From: Octopus bimaculoides
Taxonomy: Eukaryota
Direction: 5' to 3'
DNA: 64,000 nt
Assembly: GCF_001194135.2 (NCBI RefSeq)
Contig: NC_068981.1
Span: 21,108,072 to 21,172,071 of the forward strand
Shown piece by piece: positions 49,101 to 62,230 of the stretch. The notes below the pieces were generated by a model that did no database searches, was not told the origin of the DNA, and saw only the letters and a program-made list of their open reading frames with translations. Made by a program: the position numbers and the translations under genes. Positions within the stretch are counted from its first letter, which is position 1, and each line of letters starts with the position of its first letter.

Positions 49101-51589
49101 ACAGGAGGTTGCTAAGATATTTTTAAAAAAATTATTTAAAATAAAATACAATCCTTCTTTATTTCAAAATTATATTGCACACATAGGTTTAATCATGTAG
49201 TGTTTGCTGAAAGACTCTTTTGTAATTACTAAAAAGAAAACTATGAGAGCAACCATAAATAAACAGATGTACTGGTGCAGACCAAATATTTTATTTCTTC
49301 AATCACATTTACAACTTCAATGTATAAAAATCCAGTTTCGTCAAGAGTTAAAGGAAACTTTACTTGACCAAACACATAAACCTCCAACAAATAGATGTGA
49401 ATACAAGATGTTAGCTACATCATTTTACAAATGCATTAAACATTAATTTTGAACAATAATCTGCCTTAAACACTTTAAATTCAAAATATTACTTATGAAT
49501 AAGTAAATTTATAGATGAATGACATAAATATAAATTAAATATATGTTGAGAGATTATTGATAGAAACTATAGAAAGGATGGGATAACTGAATTGCATCAA
49601 TGTGAAAATTAATGTCATGCTTGGAAAAATACCACAAAATCGAAATCTATGCTGTGTGTGTATACATAAGAAAGAGACAGAGAAAGAGTAGGTGCATGTT
49701 TTGTTGCAATTATAAAATATGACATGCAATCTGAGTTGTTGATCATAAAAGAGGGAAATGAAATACATGTATAGTTTTAATGGAGGCAAAAAAATGAACA
49801 GAAGACTAATTTGATAGTAAGTATTATCTCACCTGCAGTTGACTCTTTTTGAAAAGGAAAACAAAATTGTGAGAATATGAATAAACATGAAATTTCAATA
49901 AATGTTACTCAAGCTAAAATGCTAAGAGTAATTAATCAGCAGCATTAAGACAATGTTATCAAATTGATATCAAAACGGTGAAGCCAAAATTGTAGTAATA
50001 AGAATGTAAAAATATTGTTTCTAAAAAGATTCAGCCATAAATATAGCCCTAGTGATGGGTAACGTGGAATTTACTGAAGTAGACAGTCAATGAATATGTT
50101 GAGAAAACTGAGAGAACCAGTTTTATATTTATACACACACATAGGTAGAAAAGTGGAGAAAGAGTATTCTTTAAAGTACCATTATGTAGATTTCTTGCAA
50201 AACACAACACCAATTTTAACATTCAATTGAACTGATTCCAGTATATTGCTGGTTTTCTTTTATCAATGCAAATGAGGTGAAAGGTAAAAAAACCAGTGAT
50301 GTCTGAACTCATTATGAACAACAACTAAAAAATATGAAGTATTAGTATGATGCTCTACTGCCTCAATCATTTCCAATAATCAAACAATATCATATAAACT
50401 TTGTATTCTCTCAAACATAATTAGTTTGTAAATATTACCAATTGACAAACTACTGCATGCTGGAGAATGCAGTATGGTCTTCAATTAGCTAGAGATATGA
50501 CATATCTGGAACAATGAATTTATGAATCACATCTAGTTGTTTGCGCTCAATCAAAGCTGCTTGAAAGTACACAAGTGGCAGATGATCTATTAATATGCCA
50601 ATAATGTGAACTCAAAATTAAAATCTGTATAGTAAAAGTGTTAAAATACATTGCCACCAGAAAGATAGGTATAAATAAAACATTTAATGTTATTAGCTTA
50701 AAATATGTTTCAATACAACAAAAATATTCAAACTAACATGTAATTTAGTAGGCAAAAATGTAAGATCAATCCACAAAGATGAAAATCAAACACTGAAATC
50801 ATACAAAACAACAAGATGTGTTTTTATTGAACAGTTAATTTTGAATTAGTCCTGATGGCTAGAAATAACACTGAAAATATTCTTAAAGAAAGAGTGGTTT
50901 TTATTTTTGTGACTAGGTACAAAAATCTTACAATTTAAGGGAGGTTTTAGAAATGGAGAATTGTAACATTTACACCTTTCTTAAGAACATTAACATAGGT
51001 GCAACAGACATGGCTGTGTGATTAAGAAATCTGCTTTGCAACCATGTGGTTCCAAGTCTGATCCTACTGCACAGCACCTTAGGCAGGTGACCAATACTCT
51101 GTGAATACCTTTGTGGTCAGAAACTGTACCTGTGTGTACACTATGTGTGCTTGCATGTATCTGTATTGAGGTGTTTGACACAGCTAGTGCTATGTTAAAA
51201 AGGTAACTTAGCCATTTAATAGAAATATATAACTGAAATAAGTACTGGGGTTGACAAGGTTGACTTGTTGCTGCCCCAGGCTTGTTTGTAACTCAATAAC
51301 TGAAACCAGTAAAAGAATAACATAAATGAAATGAAATAGCTTTAAATTGAAACTGCGCTGCAAACACAGCTCAGCAAGAGCTTTCTTGTTGAATTATTAG
51401 TGGCACAGATCAGTTTCAAATAAAGAAGAGTGAACTGAATTGCATGAAATTCCCTATAACTGCACCAATCAATGGTATTTGACAAACCCTACAATTTGTT
51501 TATTTATAAATCATACAAACTGAATAAAATGCAAAAATTATTTGCATTAATTTTGTTTTAATCTTCTTTATGTATATATATATATATAT

Positions 51590-51801
51590 NNNNNNNNNNN
51601 NNNNNNNNNNNNNNNNNNNNNNNNNNNNNNNNNNNNNNNNNNNNNNNNNNNNNNNNNNNNNNNNNNNNNNNNNNNNNNNNNNNNNNNNNNNNNNNNNNNN
51701 NNNNNNNNNNNNNNNNNNNNNNNNNNNNNNNNNNNNNNNNNNNNNNNNNNNNNNNNNNNNNNNNNNNNNNNNNNNNNNNNNNNNNNNNNNNNNNNNNNNN
51801 N
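51590..51801. other. Assembly gap (212 N) flanked by (TA)n; other gaps at 12416-12425, 41995-42004, 44751-44760, 45269-45370 and 55126-55230
   Basis: Runs of N in the sequence. Confidence 0.99.
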
Positions 51802-51834
<33 letters not shown>

Positions 51835-53439
51835 AAGTAATGATGAAATATATGTAACCATCTGAGATAAGTTTTGTAGCCAGATGGTAGGAATGTGTGA
51901 TATGGAGAGAAGCGAAAGGATATAACTTTGATAAAGTTAGCACAACTGAACAAATGTCTTCCACCTTTTATATATCAGGTTATAGTGTAAACAGCATGAA
52001 TGGTGATTCTTCAAAGTCTCTAAGTTCCTTCTTCCAAAGATATATTTTTTTGAGCAATGTAAAGTTAGAAAAGTAGACACATTGCTATTAGACTAGATCC
52101 TTTCCTATCACTTCTTTTCTTTTTTTTAAATGACATGCAGAGATATATTTCTAGAAAAATGTCAGAAACTATTTTATATCAGATTAGTAATGTTAATTCA
52201 CACACATTATTTAATGTTATATAAAAGAATTATAATTCTCTAACCTAGTTATCCGAAGTTGCAGGATAAGACAAAATTTGCCATAATAAAGTTGATCAAC
52301 TTTTTCAAATTCCGTTTCAATTTTTTCTGTATAAAATATTAAACAGAAATTGTATTTTCCTAAAAGAGTTCTTTAAATAATTGAACTAAAATAAAACTAA
52401 CAACAGAAAAATTTAATAGTTAACATTAAAAAAAAAAAGCTTTTACAACATATTAGTATCTTAAGTGTTTATAAATTTGGTAATAATTCTTATTGAAAGC
52501 AAACTGCTTCAGCATTTGGCATAATTCACATTGGTGGTGTTCAGAAAAACTGAGAGTTAAAAAGTAAAACATATCTGAGAAAGAAGTATAACGCAGTAGT
52601 TTATTTAAAAATGTTTTTTAAATACCTCAAATACACTAAAAACTGAAATAATTATTTAGAAATTAACAAGTATTCACATGAAATGTGAAGTGTAATTAGA
52701 GTGTCAAATATGCTTTTTAATAAGTATTAGCATATGATGCTGATGCTGATATTCCTAATACATAGATCATTTAAAGCAGGTAATTGAAAAGTTTGGACAT
52801 TTTTGTCACCATATAAGATCACAAGTATTTTATTGAAATTTGAAAGCAATGTAATATGAAGCCACACACGTGTGTGAGTGAAACGCAACCTTCTTGAAAG
52901 GTTGCTTTTCATACAGACATGAAAAAAACCCCAATGATATTTGAAGTATTTTTAAATGCATATCAGGCAATATTAAAAAAAAAATCCATGTTTTAATTTA
53001 TACCAAATCAAATTTGATATCCAGCAAATGGGTTTATAAAGATTTAATTTGATTTGATGTTATTAACCTCAATTTCTACCTATTTTTAACAACTCTGTTG
53101 CTGAGGAACAGATTCACATGATTTTCCTTTCGATAGCAGATGTTAGTATTTCTTTTTTTGTTTTTTTACCCTTTTAACTGTTTTACATCCAGCCTTCCAA
53201 ACTTGCATGAGTGAGATGGATTTTCTTCAAATGCAATTATTTTTAGTCAGAAACCCAGGTGATGCTCCTGCTGGTACTGGTGATGTGAATGAAAATGTCC
53301 CTTTCACACCCAGATATGTGCAAACAAAAGGAGACAAAGCAATGACGAAGGTGCACTCTTTCGTTATGTTGAGGATTAGTCAACTTTTCTGCTGCCATTG
53401 GATGAAGAGTGAAAACAGGGTAGCGAGGATTTTTTAATC

Positions 53440-53690
53440 ATGTTAGGGACAAGACAATCTTTGTGGGGCTGGTGCCATGATAAAATGCACCAAGAGCATG
53501 CTGTAAAATGGCTAGTGATAGGAAAGCTATCCAACTAGAAACCATGCCAAAAAATTGAATGTACTAGTAAGACTTGGTCCTAGGTTCATTTTGAGAGCAT
53601 TAACTCCAAATAAGAACTGACTCGAACTGTGACTACTTGTCCAACCCATGCCAGAATAGGAAAGTGGATGTAACAATGATGATAATTATA
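53440..53690 (+). mobile_element. LINE 3'-end-type repeat
   Basis: tccaacccatgccag...aaagtggatgtaacaatgatgat tail shared with other copies. Confidence 0.55.
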
Positions 53691-54261
53691 ATGTTCCTAA
53701 TACTTATTCTCTCATCTGTGAAGTAAGAATAGAACCTGTTTTCTATCAATCTAACAAACTGGAGTAGTTATGTGCTTTGCTCATAAGCACAATGCAATGA
53801 CTGTAGTAAGATTTGAATTTAAAGCTATGTAAGTGGGTACTCAAACAGTTTAACTTCATAAATTTCCACTTTATTATTTATATAAGTCAAATAATTTGAT
53901 TCTATTGATAAAGTACAATATCATAATAGAGAAAAGAAAATTCAAGCAAAACTATTTTATATATTCAGAAAAATTTGTCCTAGACTATATTTGCTGGAAG
54001 TGTTGTTGACCTCTTCAGAGTTGTGAAGCAGGCACATACTTATATACATAAGTTGTATAGAATTTAGGTGGTGCATATATGAATAGTAAATTTAGCAAAC
54101 GAGAATTGTCTCTAATCTAATCAATATACAATAGAAAATGTTTTTGTAATTCATTTTTCAAAATATGAAATTCAGTTTCATTTTCTCAGCAACTGAAACC
54201 TGAAGAGTCATATTTTACATGGCACTTTACAATAAGGTTTTGATAGAACTAATTATATTGA

Positions 54262-54484
54262 TTTCAAATTTTGGCACAAGGCCAGCAATTTCTGGGGAGG
54301 GGATAAGTCACTTACATCAACACCAGCGTTCAACTGGTACTTATTTTATTGACTTCGAAAAGTTGAAAGTCAAAGTTGATCTTGGTGCAATTTGAACTCA
54401 GAACGTAAGGACAAAAAAAAAAAAAAAAAAATGCTGCTATGCATTTTACCCCCTGTGCTAACAATTCTGCCAGCTCACTGCCCC
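54262..54484 (-). mobile_element. Full-length tRNA-derived SINE (family A) with 19-bp TSD
   Basis: Minus-strand A-box-like tggcagaattgttag and B box gagttcaaa; flanks atagaactaattatattga (54243-54261) and atagaactgattatattga (54485-54503). Confidence 0.88.
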
Positions 54485-56259
54485 ATAGAACTGATTATAT
54501 TGACATCAATACTTTGACAACTGTGTGAAGAACAGCAAAGACAAAAGGGACATAAAGAGATGAAAAAAAAAAGATGGAAAAAGATACAAGGTATTTTTTT
54601 TTGATACATTGACACTCACCCACCCCTGACATGCTTTCATTCAGTTTAATCTACCGAATTTCACTCACAAGGCTTTGCTTGATCAGAGGCTATGGCAAAA
54701 AATGCTTACTCAAGGTGCTGCACAGTGAATTCAAATTCAAAACTATATGATTGCTAAAGCAAACTTCTTAACCATTTGGCCAATGACTTAAATAGCTGTA
54801 ACTGTCCTAGGAGATATCTTGCCACTGATAAAACAGATTTATCACAGGTATTAATTAAAAAATGGTTTGCCTCAACAGTGAAGCTCTCCTGCTAAATGGC
54901 AATATGCTCACATGTCGGTTTTAGAGTTTTAATTCTGTACATATTTATGTTTCTTTGCATGTTCAATGACAGAAAGGTAACAGATCTATATAGAACAGGT
55001 ATAGTTCAAAACTTTCTGTATTAGTGAGTGCTGATGAGTAAGGTTAAGGTGGTTTGTTGTTAGGCTCTACTTAGAAGCACTAAACATATTAACTTAAGTA
55101 TTTTATCAATGTTTATTGTGAGTATNNNNNNNNNNNNNNNNNNNNNNNNNNNNNNNNNNNNNNNNNNNNNNNNNNNNNNNNNNNNNNNNNNNNNNNNNNN
55201 NNNNNNNNNNNNNNNNNNNNNNNNNNNNNNAGAAGCACTAAACATATTAACTTAAGTATTTTATCAATGTTTATTGTGAGTATGAAAGATGGTAGCTATT
55301 TTAAAGACAACAAGGAATTGTTGAATGAGATATGGCTGCTAGATAAAGCAAGCTGTAAGGAGAAATGATTGGGAAAAATATATGATGCAGGATTTCAAGA
55401 GTGATATACAAAAGTAATGGCAAGAAGAGAGGCAGATGCATTGAGCAAAATCTGGGTAGAAGTGGTACACAAATTGGTAATTTAGATGAGCAGAGCCATT
55501 GTAGTAGCAAAAGAGCAAAGAGATAAAACAATACATTATCGAGCCAATGAATGCAATATCAGCACTGTTCCATGTAGGTTTAAGTAGTTGCTTGTATAAC
55601 ATCAGTACTGTCCTATATATATATATATATATTATAAAGTAGTATTGTGTGTGTGATCCTTGGTCTGTAAGTAGTTCTCTAATGTGGGTCTAGCTAGTTT
55701 GGGTGAGTAATAAGTAGCACTGTTCCAACTAAATGAGTAGCTCCATAATTTCTTTCTGTGTTTAGGACAGGGCTGACACTGAAGTGTCTTTGTGGTCCTC
55801 AAATATTTTCTAGCAGTTCTTTAAATACAAAGTATTTGTGAGCCATTTACCCTTTATACATACAAGCAATGGACAAAAAATTAATAATAATAATAATAAA
55901 AAAAGCAGGGCATTATAAAAAAAGAAGTTGCTGATTTAGGAGGTCTGTGGCTAAGAGCAGTAGCGTTCAAGTATGTGAACAGTTCCTTAATGTGAGTCAC
56001 ACTTAAAGTTGAATGGGGCTGAAATATTCTTGGGTCTGGCAAAAGAAACCTTGCATCTGTAAATTTTAGCAATACAATATACTTTAATTTTTCAAGTAAT
56101 ATCTTTATAGATTGTGATCTAACACTTGTAGAGGCTTTGTTCTTAAAACCAGAAGCTGAAGTAATTTTAATAGAAAAAAAAATGTAAATAATGATTCATT
56201 TTGAACTCTCTCCCACCACACAGATTATTTCAACTACAGTACTCTTTGGCTAACTTTTA

Positions 56260-56365
56260 CTTAGAGTCTGGTGCAGCCTTCCAGCTTGCCAGCCCTGGTC
56301 AAACTGTTCAATCCTTGCCAGCATAGACAATGGGCGTTAAATGATGATGATGATGATGATGATAT
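56260..56365 (+). mobile_element. LINE 3'-end-type repeat with (GAT)n tail
   Basis: gtctggtgcagccttccagcttgccagccctggtcaaactg...gcgttaaatgatgatgatgat. Confidence 0.65.
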
Positions 56366-56397
<32 letters not shown>

Positions 56398-56619
56398 AGC
56401 ATACATCAGATAGGATTCTGCATATTTTCCATCTACCAGATTTTACTCAGAAGCTATGAGTAGACCCAGATGAGATTCAAATCTAGTATAACAACCATAT
56501 ATGTGCCCTCAACCATATTGCTATGCTTGCATTTACTGTGTGTACTTGAAATCTATTTTAACAAGAGCTAATTTAATTCTAACAACATAAGTTGCTTTCA
56601 TTTTATAAAGACTAAGTAT

Positions 56620-56835
56620 TTAATTACTCTTTTACACTTGTTTCAGTAATTGGACTGTGACCATTAGGCATCACCTTAAAGGGTTTTAGTTGACCATATC
56701 TACCCCAGTACTTATTTTCTATTAGTGTGGTACTTATTTTAGCAACCTCTGTTTATTGCACCATTAAGTTATGGGACATAAAGACAGACATCATTTTTTT
56801 TCAAGTGCTGTTAAAGATAGACATAAATACAGACA
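56620..56835 (-). mobile_element. SINE family C
   Basis: gtttcagtaattggactgtgacc...aagggttttagttgacc...ccccagtacttatttt. Related copies at ~4185-4250 (-) and ~51170-51325 (+). Confidence 0.7.
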
Positions 56836-58062
56836 CATGATGAAGTCTATCAGCTTCCCTCACAAGGAATTAGTTGACCCAAAGTTATAATAGAAGATTG
56901 CACATAGTGGTTTGCAATGGGACTGAACCTGGGAAAAACTAGGCATGAAGTGAATTTCTTAACCGCACAGAATGCCTGCACCTGAATTCTTAATCTTTCA
57001 ATTCTCTTTCAAAGCTTAGTAAATTATGTTCAGCGGCAAATATGCTTATAAATAGTCTTATGCAATTATTTATATACACACACACACACGCACAGTAAAT
57101 GCAAGGGAGGAATAAAAACATGATTTCTCACACCATTCTAATGGCTTAGTATGAAGATGGGATAGTGTTCATGATCTCTGTACAACACTCCAGGATTGGC
57201 AAGATTGATATGGTTTATGTTCAGCAAATGTCTGTAGAAAAACATGGGCTCTGGAGAGTAAAGTTCTTGGATGAACTACAGAGGCTAGTGTGCAGCTTAG
57301 GTGAAGAGTGATGAAAGGAGGAGAGGGAATGTGTCAGATGAGTGTATTGGCTAGGTTTGCATAGAGAAGGTCTACAACTACCTAGTTCAGAGGAATAGAG
57401 GTTGTAGTAGTAGTGATTAAGTAGGCAGAAAGAAGAGAGCACATTTGTGGGTTTGAGGCAGAAGTGTATTGATGACTGAGTCTTTGCCAATCAGCCAGAA
57501 GTTTTTCTATTGAAAATGAGCTTTGATGTTTCTGTGAAGCAAAAGTATCATCCCAGACATGGGAGTTTCTTAATGTTCACACTGTATATTTTCTTTTAAC
57601 TTTAAAAAATATATATACAACTAAGTATATGTTTGGTCTTGTTAAAAAATTATCTTTAAGTTATAACCCCCAGAAGAAACAGATAGATCTGAAAGCTGAG
57701 CTGGTTCTCATTCATGCCTGCTACAGTGAGAACAATGAATACTTTAATCTTTCTTTCAGATTATCATTTGGTAATGATCTTCATTGATTCACTTGTTGAA
57801 AAGTCAACTAAGGCTATGAGTTAGAGGTTCATTATATGAACAAGCCCACATTCAGTGTAGATATATCTTACCACAAACTTGGCATTGATATTCACTGAAA
57901 TGATTTTATGGCAATTTTATTGCTTTTTATAAATAATCTTTTCAGTTTACCAACAGTTCATGAACAGCATAAATATCACAAAGCGGGGTTACAAAAGACA
58001 TATAGTGATCTACAAGCATAGAATAGCTGTATAAAAAGTGTAGGGAAAGGATATTATAAGTA

Positions 58063-58925
58063 TGCAGTCTGATCAATAAGTATCCAGACTGTTGCCATAG
58101 TAACGAAGCTAAAGCATGTAGAGTGAAGCCGCTTGGCACAGATTGACCTTGAACTCTGCTGTGCATGCACACTAAGTTTTAATGTTCTAGCTCACTTCTG
58201 CTATTTATAATAGTGCTTAGAAGTAACATGTGTAGTGCATGTTTGTTGCATTGACCATGACAGAGAAAGTTGAGCAGAAAATTTGATTCAAATTTGCCAA
58301 AAGCTTGGTGATACCTGCTCAGAGGCCTATGCAAAGTTTTCAAAAAGTCTTCATTGTTTTCAACACAATCAAGGAGATTTGTGCAACTGAAACTCCAGTG
58401 TCTTATTGGTCAGCAGAAAACAGTTGTAGCACAAACTTGGCAGACATGCGGCTCATACCCAAATCTTCAGTGATAATGAACAGAACTGAACTGTAACTAA
58501 TCTGCATGTCCTCTGATAACTCACAGATGGGGATTCGACAATTTCCCCTCACAGCTGCACAAGCATCTGCAATGTTTTTCTCAGTTCTGCTGGTTGCAGG
58601 TCTCTCAGAACATTTGTCACTAGCAACATTTTTTCAGCCATCTTGAAAACGTCTGAACCACTCATACACTTGTGTGCAGCTCATACACTCCTCTCCATAC
58701 ACTTTCTGCAACTTTGCATAGGCCTCTGAGCAGGTATTCCCATGACAACATGCTACACACGTTACTTCGAAGCACTGCCATAAACAGCAGAAGTGAGCTA
58801 GAACGTTAAAACTTAGTGCCCATGCTCAGCAGAGTTCAAGGTCAATTTTTGCCAAGCGGCTTCACACTGCATGCTTTAGCTTCGTTACTATGGCAACAGT
58901 CCAGATACTCATTGATCAAACTGCT
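58063..58925 (-). mobile_element. Non-autonomous mariner foldback derivative, copy 2 (opposite orientation)
   Basis: TA on both sides; same TIRs, same arm layout and the same 18-nt junction as copy 1. Confidence 0.9.
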
Positions 58926-60149
58926 TATAATATACTTATTGAAGTATATTAAAAACCGGTAATATAAACATAAATTACACAATGTAAATAAATACATACA
59001 TGTATAACTATAAATGAATACAAATACAGACAGTCTGCATACAGGTGAAAATCTCTCACCTGGGTTTAACCAAAACACAACTTGAGCACCTTCTATTTTA
59101 GAGGTTAGAAAGGGCTCATTCTCCCTTTGGAGTGTAAATACAGCTGTCATAGACAGTAAAAAGTGGTTCTGATTGATAGCCTATTGCTTGCGTTTTTCAC
59201 ATAGATGAAATGCATCTCCTCAATCTGCACGTTAATTTTTCCATCTTTCTGCAGTTCAATATGTTTATCAATCCCTCACTGACTACTCAAAGAACTAAAT
59301 TTCCTTCAGTTTAAGGAAAGAAGGGCTTCTCCTGGTATGTCACTGTTGAACATTGGTCAGTCTAGGCAAGATGAGCAAGGGTGGCATGAACAGAGGATGA
59401 CTGTGACAGATGGACTAGGATGAGGTGGAAAAATAAATGCATGAGTGACTAAGAAAGAGCGAAACAAAGTGGTTGTGATGATTGTGTAGAAAAGGAAGAA
59501 ATGGGAGAGATAGTAATGACAGAGTATAATGAGGTAAATAATAATAATAGAGGGTAAGGAGAGAGAGAGAGGGGGGGGATATTAATCAAAACGTCTTTAT
59601 TAGCAAGAGAGGGGGAAGAGAAGGAGAATGAAGACAGAGAGAGACTGTGGGACAGCAGCGAAAACTGGAAGTAAGAGAATGTGATAGTATCAAAAGTGAG
59701 TGACCTGAGAGGGGAAAGGGAATGGTAGTTAAAAGAACAGAAGAGAAATGTTTGCTGGTAAGTGAGAGAGAGAGAGCATTTAATGGATAATCAAGATTGT
59801 CATAGTAAAAGAGTGATAGATAGAAAGGAGTGTATTGAATCCTAATTAATTTTATGCAATTCCTCATTACTTAGGCACTGTGTTAGGAAAGAAAGAACAG
59901 TATTGAGGACTGAGTATAAACAGAGCTAAAGGGAAGATTGAGTATGGACAAAGCAAAAGTTTTGCCTCGGTACAAGTGACATGGTGAACAGGAGAGAGAG
60001 AGTGGTAAAGAGGTAAGGGAATACAGAATAGGCAAAAAAAAGGGCAGTAGACAGGGATTTAACAGGTAGAATATGACCAAAAGGCTCAAGTGCATATTAT
60101 GTATCCTAGTCCATATCACTATCCAGGTTTTATTGTATCTTTCATTATG

Positions 60150-60600
60150 CTTACAAAGGTGTTCAGGTTTTCTACAGCATCATGCACCAATCACCACAGT
60201 TCTTTGTTATCTCCTTTACGACATGCAATATCTTGAGATCAGTCTTCATCACTTTGTCCTATATCTTCCTCAGTCTTCTTCCGCAGGTTCAATTCACTTC
60301 AAGTATTCACCACTTCCTTAAGCAGCTATCATCCCCCATACATCACGTCTGTACAAGTGTAGCCTTTTCTGACAGACAACATCTGATTCTGTTCACATAC
60401 TGTTGTTCATGTACACTAACACTATACATTAGCAAGGCACACTTGCTTCATTTCTTTCAACTCATTACAAATCCTCTCTATTGAAGGCCCATATCTTGCA
60501 GTTATACAACTTTGCATTTCAGACATAAACATTAGACAATCAGCCCTTCATTCTGAGGGACAAGCATGGAATTCTTTTAACACCCACTTTCTTTTTATTA
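60150..60600 (-). mobile_element. RTE-type LINE 3' fragment
   Basis: Minus-strand remnants of the post-RT region (...KVMKTDLKI..., preceded by an ACxxSxMLxGSETW-like segment). Confidence 0.6.
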
Positions 60601-62079
60601 TGCAATCTTTTTTTAGAACCAATCTTGAAGAAAATTTTTTTTATTTTGATTTAAAAGAAACCTCTTTTTTTTTTTAATATCAGAAATTCATTAGAGCTAC
60701 AGAATTTACAACTGTAGTATCATTTTTTTTTTATACATAAATATATTTTGCTTGCAGTTGAAGTGTATAAATATATTTTATTTTCATTTGAAAGCATTAG
60801 TTACTTCGGCTTTTGAAAATTGAAACTACTGCTGTCTCAGTTTAAATTTATTAAGGATGAAAATGTAATTACAAATGCAAATAAAATATATTTATGCATT
60901 TCAAATGCAAATAAAAAATGTTTATTAAAAAAAAAAAAAAAGTTCAGCAACTGTAAATCCTCTAATCCTAAAATCAGTTTCTGATTAGAAATAAAAAGCA
61001 TTTTTAATTGATAAAAATTTATTTTGGAGATTCAGAAACTTTGATGTTTAAAACATAGAAATTGATAGACCATTAGAAATCAAAATAATAAGCTACAGGT
61101 GGACTAAAAAAAATTTCCTGCTAAAACATGCTTGTACACACACACATGCACACACACACACACTAAATATATCTACAAATACATACAGTAAAGTAGTAAT
61201 TGCTCGTTTAAGTCATTTTTCCAATGACTGTATATTATCTATGATGAACCATTCTCTATATTACTCTGCCATTTATTATTTACTGTTATGATGTTCTCTC
61301 ATTAAGTCCCATGCTATCAAGGAAGGACATTGTATATTTAATGAGGAACAGTTTATCCTAAATATATATTTGAATAATGTGCTCTATATCTAAATAAACC
61401 CCATCACTTTTGTTGGGTACTACACTAGTTATAAAGTAGCAATTCTAAGAATACAAAATATCTAGGAAAGTATCAAAAGAAACTACATAAATTGCTACAA
61501 AACATAAGAATGTCCCACACCAAATGTTTTCCATCTTTAAAGAAGACAGCAAATATAAATCAGAGACAAAAACTGAAAGAATGTTGGGACCAAGTGGCTT
61601 GTGGTATTTGTTCTGATTCTTTACATTCTGAATTAAAATCCAGCCATTGCTTGGTTTAACACCACCACTTGGCAACTTAGGTGCCTTTAGTACAGTAAAC
61701 ACTGCTGCAAGTATTTGGGTTGGATTTCTGGTTTGAGGATACAATAGAAAAAACATGGTACAAGCAAAGATCAAAATTGGTTTCAGAAAATTGTATGACC
61801 ATGAGTTAAATATACCAATTCATATAAGTAATATCCAATAGATATACCTTAATCTTCCAACTAGGGAGATGTACATACCTGCAAGAACACCACTTATACA
61901 ACTACCTCTCAATACCGCAAAAATTTCACAATAAACAAAAACAACACTAAAAATAATACCATTATAACTAACACAAACAACAGCAAACGAGCTGTAAGAC
62001 AAATATCTCTGCCTCCTACCCAGTAAATCAACAATACTGCATACACTATGACTTTAAAAAATTCTCTCTAATATAGGCA

Positions 62080-62230
62080 CAGAAAGTTATAGTTTATTAT
62101 ATAGTACTTTAATTTTATGGACCTCAGAATGATGAAAGGTAAAGATAATTTTGGTAGAATTTGAACTCCAAACAAAATACAAAGCTATTTTTCCCAGTGT
62201 TCTAATATTCTACCAATCTACCACCCTCAA
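62080..62230 (-). mobile_element. SINE family A, degraded
   Basis: gatgaaaggtaaagataattttggtagaatttgaactc...ttctaatattctacc. Confidence 0.6.

Noticed and set aside
55073-55283. 53-bp direct repeat flanking a 105-N gap
   Set aside because: Same length and layout as the 41942 case, which points to an assembler overlap artefact rather than a TSD.
59400-60070. Purine-rich tract that might be an ancient L2/CR1 endonuclease remnant (also ~39600-39900 and ~57220-57490)
   Set aside because: Only a vague motif (PLSGHSLL); too weak to call without an HMM search.
61865-61895. gttcttgcag|gtatgt, a recursive-splice-like site
   Set aside because: Short pyrimidine tract in low-complexity sequence; upstream acceptors give 68, 89 or 113 nt, all out of frame.
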